From: Phoronis australis
Lineage: Eukaryota; Animalia; Phoronida
Reading direction: 5' to 3'
Assembly: GCA_002633005.1 (NCBI GenBank)
Contig: NMRA01001205.1
Coordinates: 1-40,207 of the forward strand
DNA: 40,207 nucleotides
Positions 11,501 to 22,731 of the stretch are shown one piece after another. The notes beneath the pieces are model-generated. The model did no database searches, was not told the DNA's origin, and worked only from the letters and a program-made list of their open reading frames with translations. A program made the position numbers and the translations under genes. Each line of letters opens with the position of its first letter. The stretch's first letter is position 1.

Positions 11501-14500
11501 CAAAAGAACCCAGCACAAAGAACAACAGGCTGATAGCAGTTGCATTGATTAGGGATCTGAATAGAACACCATTGTGTGCAGGTGTTGTTCGCAGGTTATT
11601 TAAAACATGATTCTTGCAGTGACGTAGACAAAAGTAAATCAATTAGGCTAAGAGGTCATTGCATTTGGCAATTTATGGCCTTAGTGGGTTTAGAGCAATG
11701 CTTGTAACTTACTGTTTAGGAACCAAATTTACAAGTGTTACCGTTCAAAATAGGCTGTAAGATATCTAGGCCCATCTAGGTTGCACCTGCGGCAGATTAA
11801 TGAAACTATTTAGTGCATTCATTTTAAAATTATTGTTATAGTGTACAATTATTTTGAGCATCCTCATTTTTGCCTTGTTCGCAGGTGACTGCTCGCAGTG
11901 CCAAGAAATCACTGCCATCTATGGAGCAACATCCAAAGTATAATGCTGGAAATATCCTCACGTGCCTTCATGATTTATCCCACCAGGCGGAGTACGATTC
12001 CTCGTTACAAGAGACACTGTTAGGTTTGTGGTAAAAAGTTTCTTTAGCATTAATTTTCAAGCAGTTTGTGAAGAATTGGAATCAAATAGTTGCACAAGAA
12101 GGTTGTTCTCTTTGTTGTATGTGAAATCTGTAAACGGAGATTCCTTTTGTGAAAACTTATTTTGTGAATACCAGGAAATGTTTTGGGCACTGTTTTGGTT
12201 GTTTTGTTCTTACTTTAAAACTAGTGTGCTTGTTGTAGATCCACAGATGGTGGCTACACAGTCGTCATTTTTCAAAGCAGATTCCTCTACGATACAAATC
12301 AAGACATCGCCGATTATATCTGCATTAGCCTGGTCACCTGAGGTAAGTATGCCAGTTTGTTTGTGTCCAAAAGTTGTGAAAATAAATGTGCTAATAAATT
12401 TGCAATGTTGATTGGTTGTAGCAGGGCTGACATGTTATTATGTATCATTGTCAAGCCACAAATAAGCCAGATTAGGACTGGTTACATATTGTTATCCCAA
12501 TTCATATGTTGTTATAAACGATCAATGTTCGTATCATTGTAATAAGTAAACACAACAACAACTACTACTACTACAGCTGACATGTGATTGATCAGGGAAC
12601 TGACTGTCAAAGACGCATGTTTTGGTTCACTTAATGTGCAATTAGTCTTTTTTGCTTTGGTACTGTTTATTTACAGTGAGTCTTTTGTTTAGTTAATTTT
12701 GTTTGTAGTTAATAGTTTTCTTGGTTCGGAGTTAATGAAGTGCTTAAGAAGAGCACACAACTGTTTGGCCATTTAACTGATGTGGCATTTGGTGCTTTCG
12801 TGTGCAAGAGGATCTCTTTTACCCTGGGATATATGATTTTTTGTAGAAAGAACTGAAGAAGTGCAATAAATCTACTCGAGCAAAAGCAGCAAGGATAATT
12901 TCATCATTTTCCAGTCCTTTCATGAAAGTAAGTTATGGCAGATGACGATGTGCCATTGTGTCATCTGACAGAGTTGGGCTAAAATTAATAGTTAAGGGTG
13001 TTCAGTACAAGTTGAATATTTTGTATCTTGGGCTTTGCACGAAAAATGCAAAATTGTGGGGGTCATCGAATTAGTCTTTTAGTTACAGCCACCTATACAG
13101 GGGCACCTCTGTAAAAATGGTTCAGTAAAAAGCAACCTTAAAAACTATCGATTAAAATCTTTTTGAAAGGAGATTAATTTTGTTGCAAGATGTCAGTTCT
13201 TCATTTTTATTGGCTTTAATTATATTTCCCAGCTTAATAATTTTCTTACATCAGGTAATTGAATTCTGTCCTATCTAGTTTATGAGAACCTCAGATATTA
13301 GCGTTTTGGCTTCTACTGAAAAGTTAAACCTATAAATTTTTTATGTTTTATTTTGATGCCCATATTGTTAGGTCACCAAGATCTTTTAGCTCAAATAGCG
13401 TGTACCAAGATCACAAGTACCGCACTACATTTCACTTGATGGCAATTTTGTGTTGTTGTTTGGGTTGTGAAATAAGTTAATGTGAATAATCTAAGATGAG
13501 ACATTTCTTCTATGATAAATTCAAATTTGTCATTTGAATTAAAGTCACACGTACACTTGGTTTTGCCAATTGTTGAGTATTACATCATTATTATTATTAT
13601 TGAGTATTACATCGGTGTGAAATTTGAAGTTGTGTGCTATCATTTAAACGCCATATAAGAAAAAACAGTGCAAAATAAATATTTTTTGAAATAAATATTA
13701 AGCCCTTACTTGAAATGAAGTAGCAGTTGTGGTCGCGGAAATCGTTAAGCGCACATGGATGAACATGAGCATGAGTTGCGTTGAAAAACTTTATTTGTTC
13801 GTAAACTTGTAGTTGCTCGGTTCAACCGTAACATACAAAAAATGTTCTATGAGACAACTGAACAATGCGTTGGTCTTTTACAGTTACAATACTAATATTT
13901 AACATTGCATATATACTTATTCAAAGAAATGTCAAACTACTTGAGGCAACGGAAATTAAAGGTACAGAATACACGTTACAATTATGTTGAAGTTCTGACT
14001 ATGTAACAAAACTAAGTACAATGTACTTGCACCAATTTGCGGCATAAAAATCACCATGAAACTAGAATATACTAAACTCATCGCTAAGGACGTTGAAATA
14101 CGAATGAGCCAAATTGGCGCATTACAGCTATAAACCATGGTCTGCCAAACAGTCTTACATATGCAAAATTCTATTGAAGAATTAGTCACGTGGAAAATAG
14201 ACGTGGTAGAAGCCGCATAGCAAACAAATAAACCACCAACAGATGGCAAATAAAGTTAAACTACTAACACAGAGTGCGTCGGCACTAACAGCAGTAATTA
14301 AATGTTTTAAGAAAGTTCTCAATTTTTTAAAACAACAGCTGCTTTGGGGCTTTTTTGCGACTTTTGGCAAATTGTCCATATAGTGCTTAAAATCACCATT
14401 TATCTTGTTTTGACTTGTGACTACATTGTCTCGGACGATTTATCACACTAAACGCATAGATGATGAGTAATGTTGTCCTAATTCTACATAGCTTGTATCG

Positions 14501-17500
14501 ACCAATAAATGTGCGTAACTCGAGGTCAGCTAATGAACATTGTCAGATAGTGTTCGTAGTTGTTCTAATTCGATAGCTGGTCAGATGGTGGGATTGGTTT
14601 GTTGTGTTTTGATATGAAATTGGTAATTTTAAGCACTTTAACTTTTGAACCAAATGCTGCAAGCTCAGAAAGTGAACCAAACTTCTATCAATGAAATTGC
14701 TTGAAGGCTGAAGTATTTTTGTTTCCCCTTCCCATACCTTCCCTTCTGCGAGACGGCTGGGTTAGTACGTAAGCTATTTTCTTTTCCAATTCACGTTGTT
14801 GGGTCGTACTCATTTCTGTTTTGCAAAGAAATTTCTTTTTTCATCAAAAAAGTGTTTTATCAGATTGCTAGTAAAATGTTTTGGATGGATTTGATGTATT
14901 CTGCACCACCTAGTGACCATTTTAATTATTTTTAGTCTGCTTTTTGTCATCAGCTTTTGTATATGCTAAACTGCCCAGAGAATCATGAAAGTTAGCAGAT
15001 GTCTTGTTATTGACAAGGGCATGACCAACATGGATTTGCAGGTGGGTTTAACTGTGATGCCCCTTAGTGAAATTTTTTTTCACATCTGTGGTGGTATCTC
15101 ATGAACCGTGCGCAATTTTTTTTTGAAATTTGGCAAGTGTATTCTTAATAACTTGAAAACAAAATGAGATAGTCGACTTTGACTGTGGCTGTGCTTTCTG
15201 ATTTCCTAATAGCAATTTCTTTACATTTCACCCTGTATCTTTGGAGTTCTTTGGCTTATTTTTCATAAAATTTTGCAAATAATTTTGTATTGAGGAGATG
15301 ACACATTCAATGTTGCCTACAAAGTGAAGGTTTGCAAAACAAAATGCATTTTTATGCACCCACATATATATGTGGGTACATATCGCCGTCATCTCTGTCT
15401 GGGCGTCGAGTGGCCGCGGCTGTATTTCCTAAACCCCTTGCAGGCAGGATTTTATTAGGCTGGTGGGTGCCTATGTGGCTGACGAGAGATGACAATGAGT
15501 TTCGGACGGACCCGAATACTGCTGTCCCCCAAGTGGCAATATTTATGTGCCCACATATTTATATGTGGACGCATCATGCCGTTCGTCTGTCCAGCGTCCA
15601 CTGCTCGAACCTCAAAATCCTTTGGCGTATGTTCATGAAATTTTACATGTGTATTTCTTTCATGGATAGGACAGCATGAGCAAACTTTCGGATGGATTTG
15701 ACCACCGGTGTGCCCCTAGTGGCAATTTTAGTTTTTTATGTTTACCTCTGTAACTTTTAAAGTCCTCAACAGATTTTCATAAAATTTGGCATATTGCCAT
15801 CTATCAGTGAGATGATGCTATCCTTCTGTTTTCGGGTGGATTCGTGGTATTTTACGCCACCTGTGGCCATTTTTAGTTTTCGAGTCCATTTTTTGGCGTC
15901 CGCCCCTCTGTCAGCCAAACCGATCTAACGATGATTGTGAAAATTGGCATGTATGTTTTTACTTTGAAGAGGATTGCTTACGATGATTTTCCGATGACTT
16001 TGTCTACTGTGGTGCCTCCTAGTGGTAGTTTTGTTTTGTGCCAATGGCTGTATCTCCTAAACTCTCTGCAGGATCTTTACTGAATTTAGCAAGTGTATTT
16101 ATATGAAGCTAACAATGGATGACGACAACTTTCGGACGGATCTGACTACCACTGTTCCTCCTAGCAGTAATTTATGTTTTTACGTTTACCTCAGTCCGTA
16201 TCTTCAAAGGTTCTCAACGGATTTACATAAAATTTGGAATATAGGCATCTAACGGTGAAGTGACACTATCAAAGTATTTTGCGCCACCTAGTGGTCATTT
16301 TGCTGTTTTCGAGTCTGTTTTTTGGCGTCTAGCCCCCGCCTGTATGCTCCTAATGCAAAGAGGACGGCTGACTATGACTTTCCGACAACTTCTAGTACTG
16401 TGGCACTTCCTAGTGGCAGTTTTGTCCGCCCCTCTATCAAACAAACCATTCTAAGGCCTGTATGTTCTCAGTTTAAAAAGGACGATTGACGGTGATGACT
16501 TCTACTACTGTGACGCCTCCTGGTGGCAGTTTTGTTTTGCGCCAATAGCTGCATCTCCTAAACCCACTGTAGATTCTTTATTAAATTAAGTAAATGTGTT
16601 TATATGAAGTTAACAACAGAGGATGACAACTTTTAGACGGATCCGACAAACGTTGTGCAATTTCATTTTTTCTGTTTTCGTTTGTTTCTCTGAAGTTCCT
16701 TGACAGATTTTGCTGATTTTTTTTAAATAGCTCTCCATTATAGAAACGATGGCTTGTTCCCGATTTCGGATAGATTTGATATATTTTGCACAATCAAGTG
16801 GCCATTTTTATGATTCAATTAAACAACCCTAGAAGCGCGTCATTTGTGGTGCATTCATGGGCGCATTTCAACGCTTCGCATTGTTCTTGTAGTTTTTTAC
16901 GTTTGCCTCTGTATTTTCTGAATGCCTTGATGGATTTTCATGAAATTTGGCAATTAGATTTTTAATATGGAGGCGATGACGCCAGTCCATTTTGTGGACA
17001 GATTCGACGAATATTAGTTTTACGTCTGTTTTCTGACGTCCGCCTCTCTATCTGCCATGCTGCTCAAAGGATCATTATAAAAATTTACAGATGTATTACT
17101 AATGAGAAGGTCACGACAGCCACTGACATTGAGAGGGCTCCGACTACTGTGTATGTTTTTGACATCTGCCTCTCTATTTGCCAAACCACTCAAAGGACGA
17201 TTGTGAAAATTGACGGCTGTGTTCCTGATGTGAAGGTGGCTGATGTTGATTTTCGGATATTTTTGAGTATTCTGGTGCCCCTTAGGGGCAATTTTTTGGT
17301 ATCTACGGCTCCCTTTGAAGGATCTTTGCAAAATTTGGCCATAGATGACGATGAGTTTCAGACCAATCAGTCTATAGCTGTGCCCCCTAGTGTCAATTGT
17401 TTTTTATGTTTGCCTCTGTATCTGAGTTCTTTGACTTATTTTCTTAAAATTTAGCAAGTAATTGTTTTACAGAGACGACGCCACCTTTGGATGAATTTGA

Positions 17501-20500
17501 CACATTCTGTGCCATCTAATGGTCATTTTTATGATTCTAAATACACCCGTAGAAGCACACCATTTTTGGAGCTATTGTGGGCGCATTTCAACACTTCATG
17601 TTGCTCTTGTATGTTAACACTTCACACCTTTTCAATTTAGGCATGTTTAGTGTTAATCATCTGCTTATGTGTACATCTAGATCTTTAGTACTAATTACTG
17701 ACAACTTTATAATCCTAGTTTTTATTCATTTCAGTTTCTTCCTTCGTCATCATTGAATGTGCATGGTTCCAAGGAAAAACTGTCATTAAAACAGTCAGAT
17801 GTGGACAGAATTCACTTGGTAGGTATTTTGTTCCTAATCCCTTCTGTGTTGTTTGACTGTGGGCCATTGAATGGTACTTTTAAGTATACCTGTATGTCAG
17901 GTAATATGTTTTCATCAACTTTGTCCTCGCTATATAGGTCATGCTGTGAGGCACGTATAGTTTGAATCTGTGAGTAAAGCTCCATTAGGATTTGGTGGAT
18001 CTCATACAATGAACTAATTTTGTTATCTCTTTTAGGTCAATCAATGTTGGAAACTGATGAAGAACACTCCAAAAGAAGTGAAGCCAACCACAGGTGCTGG
18101 ACACATCAACAAGAATGCAGTTGATGTATTAGCTCCTCAACCAAGCAGTGATGAGCTAATCACACCCATGTCACTACGGCAACAGGTAAGACAACTGACC
18201 GTATCTGAATATGTTTGTACATTTTTGATCTAGCATGGAAAATTTACAAGTCTTTGACACTTATGTTATTTTGTTTGTCTGTGAATGTTCAAATTATTAA
18301 TTTCAATTTGTAGTTTTATTTTATTTTAGTTTGAAAGTTATTAAAATTAATGCAAGTTCATACATGAAAAAAATTCATGGATTGAGAAGTCACGTTATGG
18401 TTGGGATATAAATTTCTTATACAATGTTGTAATCTGAGTGATACGCATGTTTGCTCTTGTAATGTATATGAATGCAAAGACAGACAATGAATAAGATGTA
18501 AAAGTTCGTCAAGGCACCTCTTCATGAAAAAAGTAAAGAGTAAGAAATTTTATTTATTTTATTTATTTTATTGTTAACTTGGAGTGTACTTGACACAGCT
18601 CCAACAAAACAGAAAGGTCAGCAAAAAAATTTTCACAACTTTGTGAAATGGGCGTAAATCGGAAGAATGGGGGAAAATTACTTGTTGAGCGTGTTAGTAC
18701 TAATTTAAAACAAAATAAATATTGAAGCAGAAACGATCTTACCTGGTTATATTTCACCTCTTTTTACCTGTCTTGGACATCAATGAGTCAAGTCATCTGC
18801 CATGTTGTACTCTCAGATTTTGACCTAACAATGTCATATTATAATTAGTAGTGACTCATATGCCAGCAAATGAGCCAAGTAAATGCTTTAGTTAACAAAT
18901 TCACTGTTAAGTGAAAATGTAGATGGCTGAGTGACAAGCGATTTGTAGACCACTGATTCTTCAAATGAGTAAGTTCATTTGAAGGGGTTGATTTCCGAGC
19001 AGTTATATTCACGTATTATTTCTGCAGATAAATGTTCTCATGCGATTGTAATTTCAACATGTTGATACTTAATGTGCACTTTCATTGTACGGACTTTCGA
19101 CCCTGTTTAAGGGTTGGTTTACTAACTAAGTGTGTACTGTGCACCTGTAATTAAGCAACAGGTGATGTATTTCACATTATTTGCATTATTGCAATCAGCC
19201 TTTGAAAAATAAAGAAATGCTAATTTTAGCAACAGTTAATGTGTTTGTACGAAATAAGTGAAGAGTTATGATATTTTTTACATTTAGATGTCGACAAGTA
19301 GTAAACAGAAGAAAAAGGCAGCTGATGATTTCCTTGATAACCTGGCCAAGGAATTGCAGGGTAGTTCAAACCCACCCATGGAAGAAACGGAGAAAAAACG
19401 AAAAAGGAAGACTGATAGTGGTGCAGAAGTCGGGGTCCAGTCATACGAGTACAGTAAAACAGATATGAAAATGTTTGAAGGTAAAAACATGTTAAGACAT
19501 GATATGTTCAACCTTCCGTGCTTGTTTGTCCAACAGTAACGGCATCTTGTGCGTTGTGTGTGATCTTAAAGTTGTTGTAATATTTTTACAGAATGATTGG
19601 AAGTGCAACAGTTATATAAGTGTGTTCAAAAGCTGAAAATTTTGCTAGGGAGAGGATTATAGTTGGTTCAATAACTTGTGTGCATGGTCAAACTTGTAAC
19701 TGCACACATGTGTACAGTAATAAAGAGCTAAGCTACATGTTATAGTTGAACGGTGTTGTAACAAATTGAATATAGTGATAAAGAAGTGTTCATGGGGTTC
19801 CCTTGGAATTAACCTCAAGACAATCAGAAACATAATTCCCCTTCACATGACTGAAGCAGGGTTGGTATTGGCCATGTTAACTGAGTTCACATCTCAGTAA
19901 GTTTACTTGAATTGAGGAATTTTATCACAAAAATTTTAACCAAAATGTAAAACAGGGACTTAAATGTCAAATGAAATGCTAAGAATTGGATGTGGCATTA
20001 CATATAACAAATTGGAACAGCTTGGGGAGTTGCCTCCAGTTGCCTGCTGAGTTTGTACTAAGAGACTGTGGACAGAGACAGGACATTCATTATGTACTCA
20101 CGATGTGTCTTGGCTGCACAAGTATTTACTGCATTGTTAAATGTTCTGCATTGTGTTGTAGAAATACCACGTAAAAAACAGAAAAAGTCAAAGAAGGAGT
20201 TTAATCCCGATGAAATTCAACACAAATTCAAGGTCAGTCATGTCTTGTCCGGGTACAAGTATATCTTACTGCTACTTCATGGAACCAGACAGTGTCGACA
20301 AATGTTCAGAGCAAGTGAACTTTATCTGCTCAATCTAAAAGTACTTATGCCTTATAAGGTTTTTGACACTTTTATGCTATTATTCCAAAAATGATGCAAA
20401 TTTTGGGAACTAAGCTTGATGCTCCGTAAATTTACTGCCTTAAGCTTCTCAGGTTCCATTTTGTGTGTAAGGAATACTTATTCTTTATGTCCCAACAGTG

Positions 20501-21343
20501 AGTTTGTTTTAATACCTAAGAAGTTCTATATGTCAATGAATTTGTCCATGTACACTGTTAAATTCAGCATTGCCATAACTTCCCCATAGAACTGCGTCAC
20601 AGCTTAATATGTCGTTTGTTCATTCCACCCACTTAATTGTGGCCACTGTTTTTTGACTGACATAAAATTGACGCTGCCTTTCTTAAAATTTTGGTGACAC
20701 TGTGTCAGCCATTTTTAGATTTTTTGTCTTGGAGGAAACTTCCTGAAATTTGGTCTGTGAGTAAATTTTGTCGCACGAAATATAATAGACCCTCCCGAAT
20801 TTAATTCTCTTACATGCATTGTAAGATTACCCTGAATTCTAAAGGTAAAGCTGAGACGAACAAGAAAAGAATGTTTTATTGTGCCCCATTCAGCTTTTCA
20901 ATTATTTATGTCTGTATAAAGCAACTCTCAGTTAACAGTTAAGTTTTTATTAGAATTAGCATCTGACGAATGACAAAATAATTTTCCTGTAAAATAGTGA
21001 GAAGCACAATAGCTGTGATACTGTGCCCCACTGATGAGCAGCGTTGTGGGTAAGCACTGCAGAATCAGAGAGGGCATTGTGGGTAAGTACTGCAGAATGA
21101 GAGATGGCGCTGTGGTGTTTTGGGAAGTGGCAATTATTGTCAATCGTTGTCACCTTCAGCATGATCTTTTTTTTGTTTGAATTTGTTTTTGAGTCCATTT
21201 CTAGACTTCTTTCACATTATCTTTCAATCTTTTTGTTTCAGGCTCCCCACAAATCCCGATTGAACCCGTCAAGTGGCAAGAAAAGTATGACCTTCAGCAG
21301 TCACAGGTCACAGCAATCACAACAAGAGTGGCCAAAGCGATAG
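1..21343 (+). CDS. EXOSC10: Exosome component 10 (RRP6/PM-Scl100), 5'-truncated by the window edge; join(<1..34,516..617,967..1123,1689..1731,1934..2009,6925..7035,7499..7642,8263..8453,9346..9502,10281..10429,10617..10667,11008..11119,11885..12023,12239..12342,12847..12927,17735..17818,18036..18185,19288..19480,20162..20232,21242..21343)
   Basis: Manual splicing gives one open frame with GT-AG introns and matching phases. Hallmarks: NDVILERVGSLLDEASG (end of PMC2NT), RPQLKFQDKIDNS, HPYQHEL, AVDLEHHSYRTFLGLTCLMQVSTR (ExoI), [26 protein letters not shown] (ExoII), [29 protein letters not shown] (ExoIII), WRDKLARQEDESTGYVLPNHMLLQIAE (HRDC), basic C-terminus ending GKKSMTF...WPKR*. Confidence 0.98.
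516..617 (+). CDS. EXOSC10: EXOSC10 exon, GSLLDEASG...TSWNKQ
   Basis: Acceptor CAG ends at 515; donor GTTAGA at 618; LLDEASG and SWN motifs. Confidence 0.95.
967..1123 (+). CDS. EXOSC10: EXOSC10 exon, PSASA...IQRPQLKFQDKIDNS...KPNAVKPLP
   Basis: Acceptor TAG ends at 966; donor GTCAGT at 1124; conserved RPQLKF-DKIDNS and KPNA-KPL motifs. Confidence 0.95.
1689..1731 (+). CDS. EXOSC10: EXOSC10 short acidic linker exon, DNWLSNEDEDDGDV
   Basis: Pyrimidine tract plus CAG ending at 1688; donor GTAAGT at 1732. Its phase 1-to-2 is needed to keep the flanking exons in frame. Confidence 0.85.
1934..2009 (+). CDS. EXOSC10: EXOSC10 exon, YPHPYQHELDHL...VTPK
   Basis: HPYQxEL motif; TAG acceptor; GTAGGT donor at 2010. 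Confidence 0.95.
2797..6668 (+). mobile_element. Non-autonomous Helentron-like (HINE/DINE-1-type) element, interrupted by unrelated DNA at ~3881-6095
   Basis: 5' T-run, then hairpin ATGCGCCCACATA-ttta-TATGTGGGTGCAT (2802-2831); GTCY-like tract; ~150-bp internal repeats; 3' subterminal IR GTGGGCGCAT (6635-6644), stem-loop GCAATGC-tct-GCGTTGC (6646-6662), then TCTTGTT; no TSD. Confidence 0.8.
4735..5960 (-). mobile_element. Decayed, internally deleted RLE-type non-LTR retrotransposon (Hero/NeSL/R2 group)
   Basis: Minus-strand translation gives zinc finger CSCGKVCKNIRGLRVHRSRSRC (~5550-5615), VKWPKVADEAAWKAFDKD, IIYNLAVEWFG...LRSLRK...LQNAERL, then directly IIELTVPWEEGCE*AHERKLSKYSEL (restriction-like endonuclease; ELTVPWEE at 5004-5027) and AERISFW. 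Contains stops and frameshifts. Confidence 0.85.
6925..7035 (+). CDS. EXOSC10: EXOSC10 exon, EPLSVSETP...EIAVDLE (ExoI catalytic D-x-E)
   Basis: TAG acceptor ends at 6924; GTAGGT donor at 7036; AVDLE motif. Confidence 0.96.
7499..7642 (+). CDS. EXOSC10: EXOSC10 exon, HHSYRTFLGLTCLMQVSTR...DPSIVK
   Basis: CAG acceptor; GTGAAA donor; strongly conserved RRP6 exonuclease core. Confidence 0.97.
8263..8453 (+). CDS. EXOSC10: EXOSC10 exon, [15 protein letters not shown]...QLADWRIR
   Basis: CAG acceptor; GTAAGC donor; ExoII motif. Confidence 0.97.
8477..8530. repeat. (ATT)n microsatellite
   Basis: About 18 ATT/GTT units read directly. Confidence 0.95.
8831..8994. mobile_element. Palindromic MITE-like element (164 bp)
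   Basis: Perfect 15-bp terminal IR ATAGATTATTACATG/CATGTAATAATCTAT; arms complementary almost to a 4-nt loop (GGGGC-TCAC-GCCCC). Confidence 0.85.
9346..9502 (+). CDS. EXOSC10: EXOSC10 exon, [18 protein letters not shown]...LCSR
   Basis: TAG acceptor; GTGAGT donor; ExoIII YxxxD motif. Confidence 0.97.
10281..10429 (+). CDS. EXOSC10: EXOSC10 exon, VYHKP...WRDKLARQEDEST (start of HRDC)
   Basis: TTTTAG acceptor; GTGAGT donor at 10430; WRDxxARxEDES motif. Confidence 0.96.
10617..10667 (+). CDS. EXOSC10: EXOSC10 exon, YVLPNHMLLQIAEILP
   Basis: TTGCAG acceptor; GTAAGG donor; HRDC motif. Confidence 0.96.
11008..11119 (+). CDS. EXOSC10: EXOSC10 exon, ESQGILACCNPIPPLVKQ...PLQK
   Basis: CAG acceptor; GTACTC donor; GIxACCNPxPPLV motif. 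Confidence 0.95.
11885..12023 (+). CDS. EXOSC10: EXOSC10 exon, VTARS...CLHDLSHQ...ETLL
   Basis: GCAG acceptor; GTTTGT donor; HDxSH motif; phase consistent. Confidence 0.88.
12239..12342 (+). CDS. EXOSC10: EXOSC10 exon, DPQMVAT...AWSPE
   Basis: TAG acceptor; GTAAGT donor; phase 1-to-0 fits neighbours. Confidence 0.85.
12847..12927 (+). CDS. EXOSC10: EXOSC10 exon, KELKK...KAARIISSFSSPFMK
   Basis: T-tract plus TAG acceptor; GTAAGT donor; resembles human KAQNIMESFENPFRM. Confidence 0.9.
14880..15300 (+). mobile_element. Older diverged fragment of the same HINE-like internal repeats
   Basis: GCACCACCTAGTGACCA, GATGCCCCTTAGTG and GAAATTTGGCAAG motifs shared with the younger copies; termini not recognisable. 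Confidence 0.6.
15349..17610 (+). mobile_element. HINE-like element (outer copy) hosting a nested copy
   Basis: 5' TTTTTATGCACCCACATATATATGTGGGTACAT hairpin; 3' GTGGGCGCAT (17577-17586), stem-loop, then CTCTTGT. Confidence 0.8.
15542..16890 (+). mobile_element. HINE-like element (inner nested copy)
   Basis: 5' ATGTGCCCACATATTTATATGTGGACGCAT (15545-15574) plus CCGTTCGTCTGTCC; 3' ATGGGCGCAT-TT-CAACGC-TTC-GCATTG-TTCTTGT ending at ~16890. Confidence 0.8.
17735..17818 (+). CDS. EXOSC10: EXOSC10 exon, FLPSSS...DRIHL
   Basis: TTTCAG acceptor; GTAGGT donor; FLPS continues the PF(R/M)xFLPS motif. Confidence 0.88.
18036..18185 (+). CDS. EXOSC10: EXOSC10 exon, VNQCWKLMK...MSLRQQ
   Basis: TTTTAG acceptor; GTAAGA donor; WKL motif; open phase-0 exon. 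Confidence 0.87.
19288..19480 (+). CDS. EXOSC10: EXOSC10 exon, basic region MSTSSKQKKK...KKRKRK...YEYSKTDMKMF
   Basis: TTTAG acceptor; GTAAAA donor at 19481; resembles human YDYSQSDFKAF; NLS-like basic clusters. Confidence 0.9.
20162..20232 (+). CDS. EXOSC10: EXOSC10 exon, EIPRKKQKKSKKEFNPDEIQHKFK
   Basis: TAG acceptor; GTCAGT donor; F(D/N)P motif; phase consistent. Confidence 0.88.
21041..21116. repeat. 33-bp tandem repeat, ~2.3 copies
   Basis: GC(A/G)TTGTGGGTAAG(C/T)ACTGCAGAAT(C/G)AGAGA(G/T)G units starting at 21041, 21074 and 21107. Confidence 0.85.
21242..21343 (+). CDS. EXOSC10: EXOSC10 last coding exon, APHKSR...GKKSMTF...WPKR*
   Basis: TTTCAG acceptor; resembles the human end GNKSMSF...NWPQR; TAG at 21341-21343. 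Confidence 0.93.
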   Translation, partial: APHKSRLNPSSGKKSMTFSSHRSQQSQQEWPKR

Positions 21344-22725
21344 TCTGGATCTGTTACTGATACATCACTATCTACATAATGAAGTCAGATTATGTGCCTT
21401 CCTGTGGAGACATGCTACATTGTCATTGAATGAAAGGGTTGCTCTGTGTGACAAGCCAGGGGCTTGTTTCACCAAAACGTCCAACTGTTTTTATTTTGAA
21501 ATTTGCTAATAGTGAAACCATGGTGATACGGCTGCGCCTAAGTATTGGTATGGGCCAACCTGTCTTTCAGATAAAGTGTATGCTTCTTACACGCACATAT
21601 TAAACAATTTTTAGTTTTCATGTGTGATCTGAGCTGTGTGCACTATAAAACTTGAGGCATGTCAAGAGTTTGATGTTCTCCAGTATCACTTTTAAATTAG
21701 TTTTGGTCTTCCCTCAGTGTGTCAAAAAATTAATTGGATGCCTGTCAAGTCCATGTGTATCTCAATATCAGGTACTTCTAATGTCTTAAACTCAGTAAGC
21801 TACATAAAAACATTTGTCTTCACCTCTTGTTTGTTAATAAGTTTTGCTGATATTATTGCTGCCATATGTACTATGCATTCTTGGCCTTATGACAGGTTGT
21901 AATGTGAGGTCCAGAACTTTCAATAGTTAAGACAGGCATAAGTCAAACTTACGACTTAAAAGTGTTGTATGTCATTTTAATTGAAATCATAAACCATAGA
22001 CCACACATTTGCAACTCCGATATTTTCTTATGAAATTCCAACGGGGGCACCACTTACTTTGTGTGCAGCTTATGGTATGTGTATGTGCATGGAGAATTCT
22101 GTTACTTTCGTGCTGTATAGCAGTGTGAGAGATTTCAGTAACGAGAAACCTTTCAATATTATTCTTTAGTAGTATTCTTGGCTAGTATAGTTCATGACAT
22201 TTCAGCTGTAATGACACAGCAGCTGTAGATGCTGGAAGTAAAACTGTTTAACCTGAACAGGCGCTGCTAGTCAATAGTGGTGTTGTCACTGTTGAGGTTG
22301 ACATAGCATGGGTGATGTTGTTTCGAGATTTTGATGCTGCAGCATCACAGATCTTGTGCATTGAGATTGGTGGTGTATGTTGTAGTCTATGGCAAAACTG
22401 GACTAAGTGAAGATGCCTGGGAAACCATTGTTCTGTTTGCTTGCTGTCATTTTAGTACCTTGGACAAAGATGTTTCAATGCAATATTCTTATTTTTCTCG
22501 GTGACAAATTATAATTCTTTAAAGGTAATAGGCATGAAATAGACATGTTTATCTCAAATGTGCTTTGAGTTGTACTTTTATTGCCATTTTATACAAAGCC
22601 ATGCCACAAAATTAGAAGCTGTTGTATAGTGAAGTTCAGTGAGCTGTATCTTTATTTTCAAGCTCAGAGGTTGTTAATACATGGCAACTTTGTACTGTAT
22701 GCCATACCGAACATTTTACAACAGA

Positions 22726-22731
22726 AATAAA
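22726..22731 (+). promoter_or_regulatory. Candidate polyadenylation signal (AATAAA) for EXOSC10, implying an ~1.4-kb 3' UTR
   Basis: AATAAA followed by a T-rich downstream tract (~22755-22800). No transcript data; other hexamers are possible. Confidence 0.4.

Noticed and set aside
11452-11610. Open frame after a TAG acceptor in an EXOSC10 intron (possible alternative or poison exon)
   Set aside because: No RRP6 similarity, weak pyrimidine tract, no good in-phase donor, and the flanking exons already join in frame.
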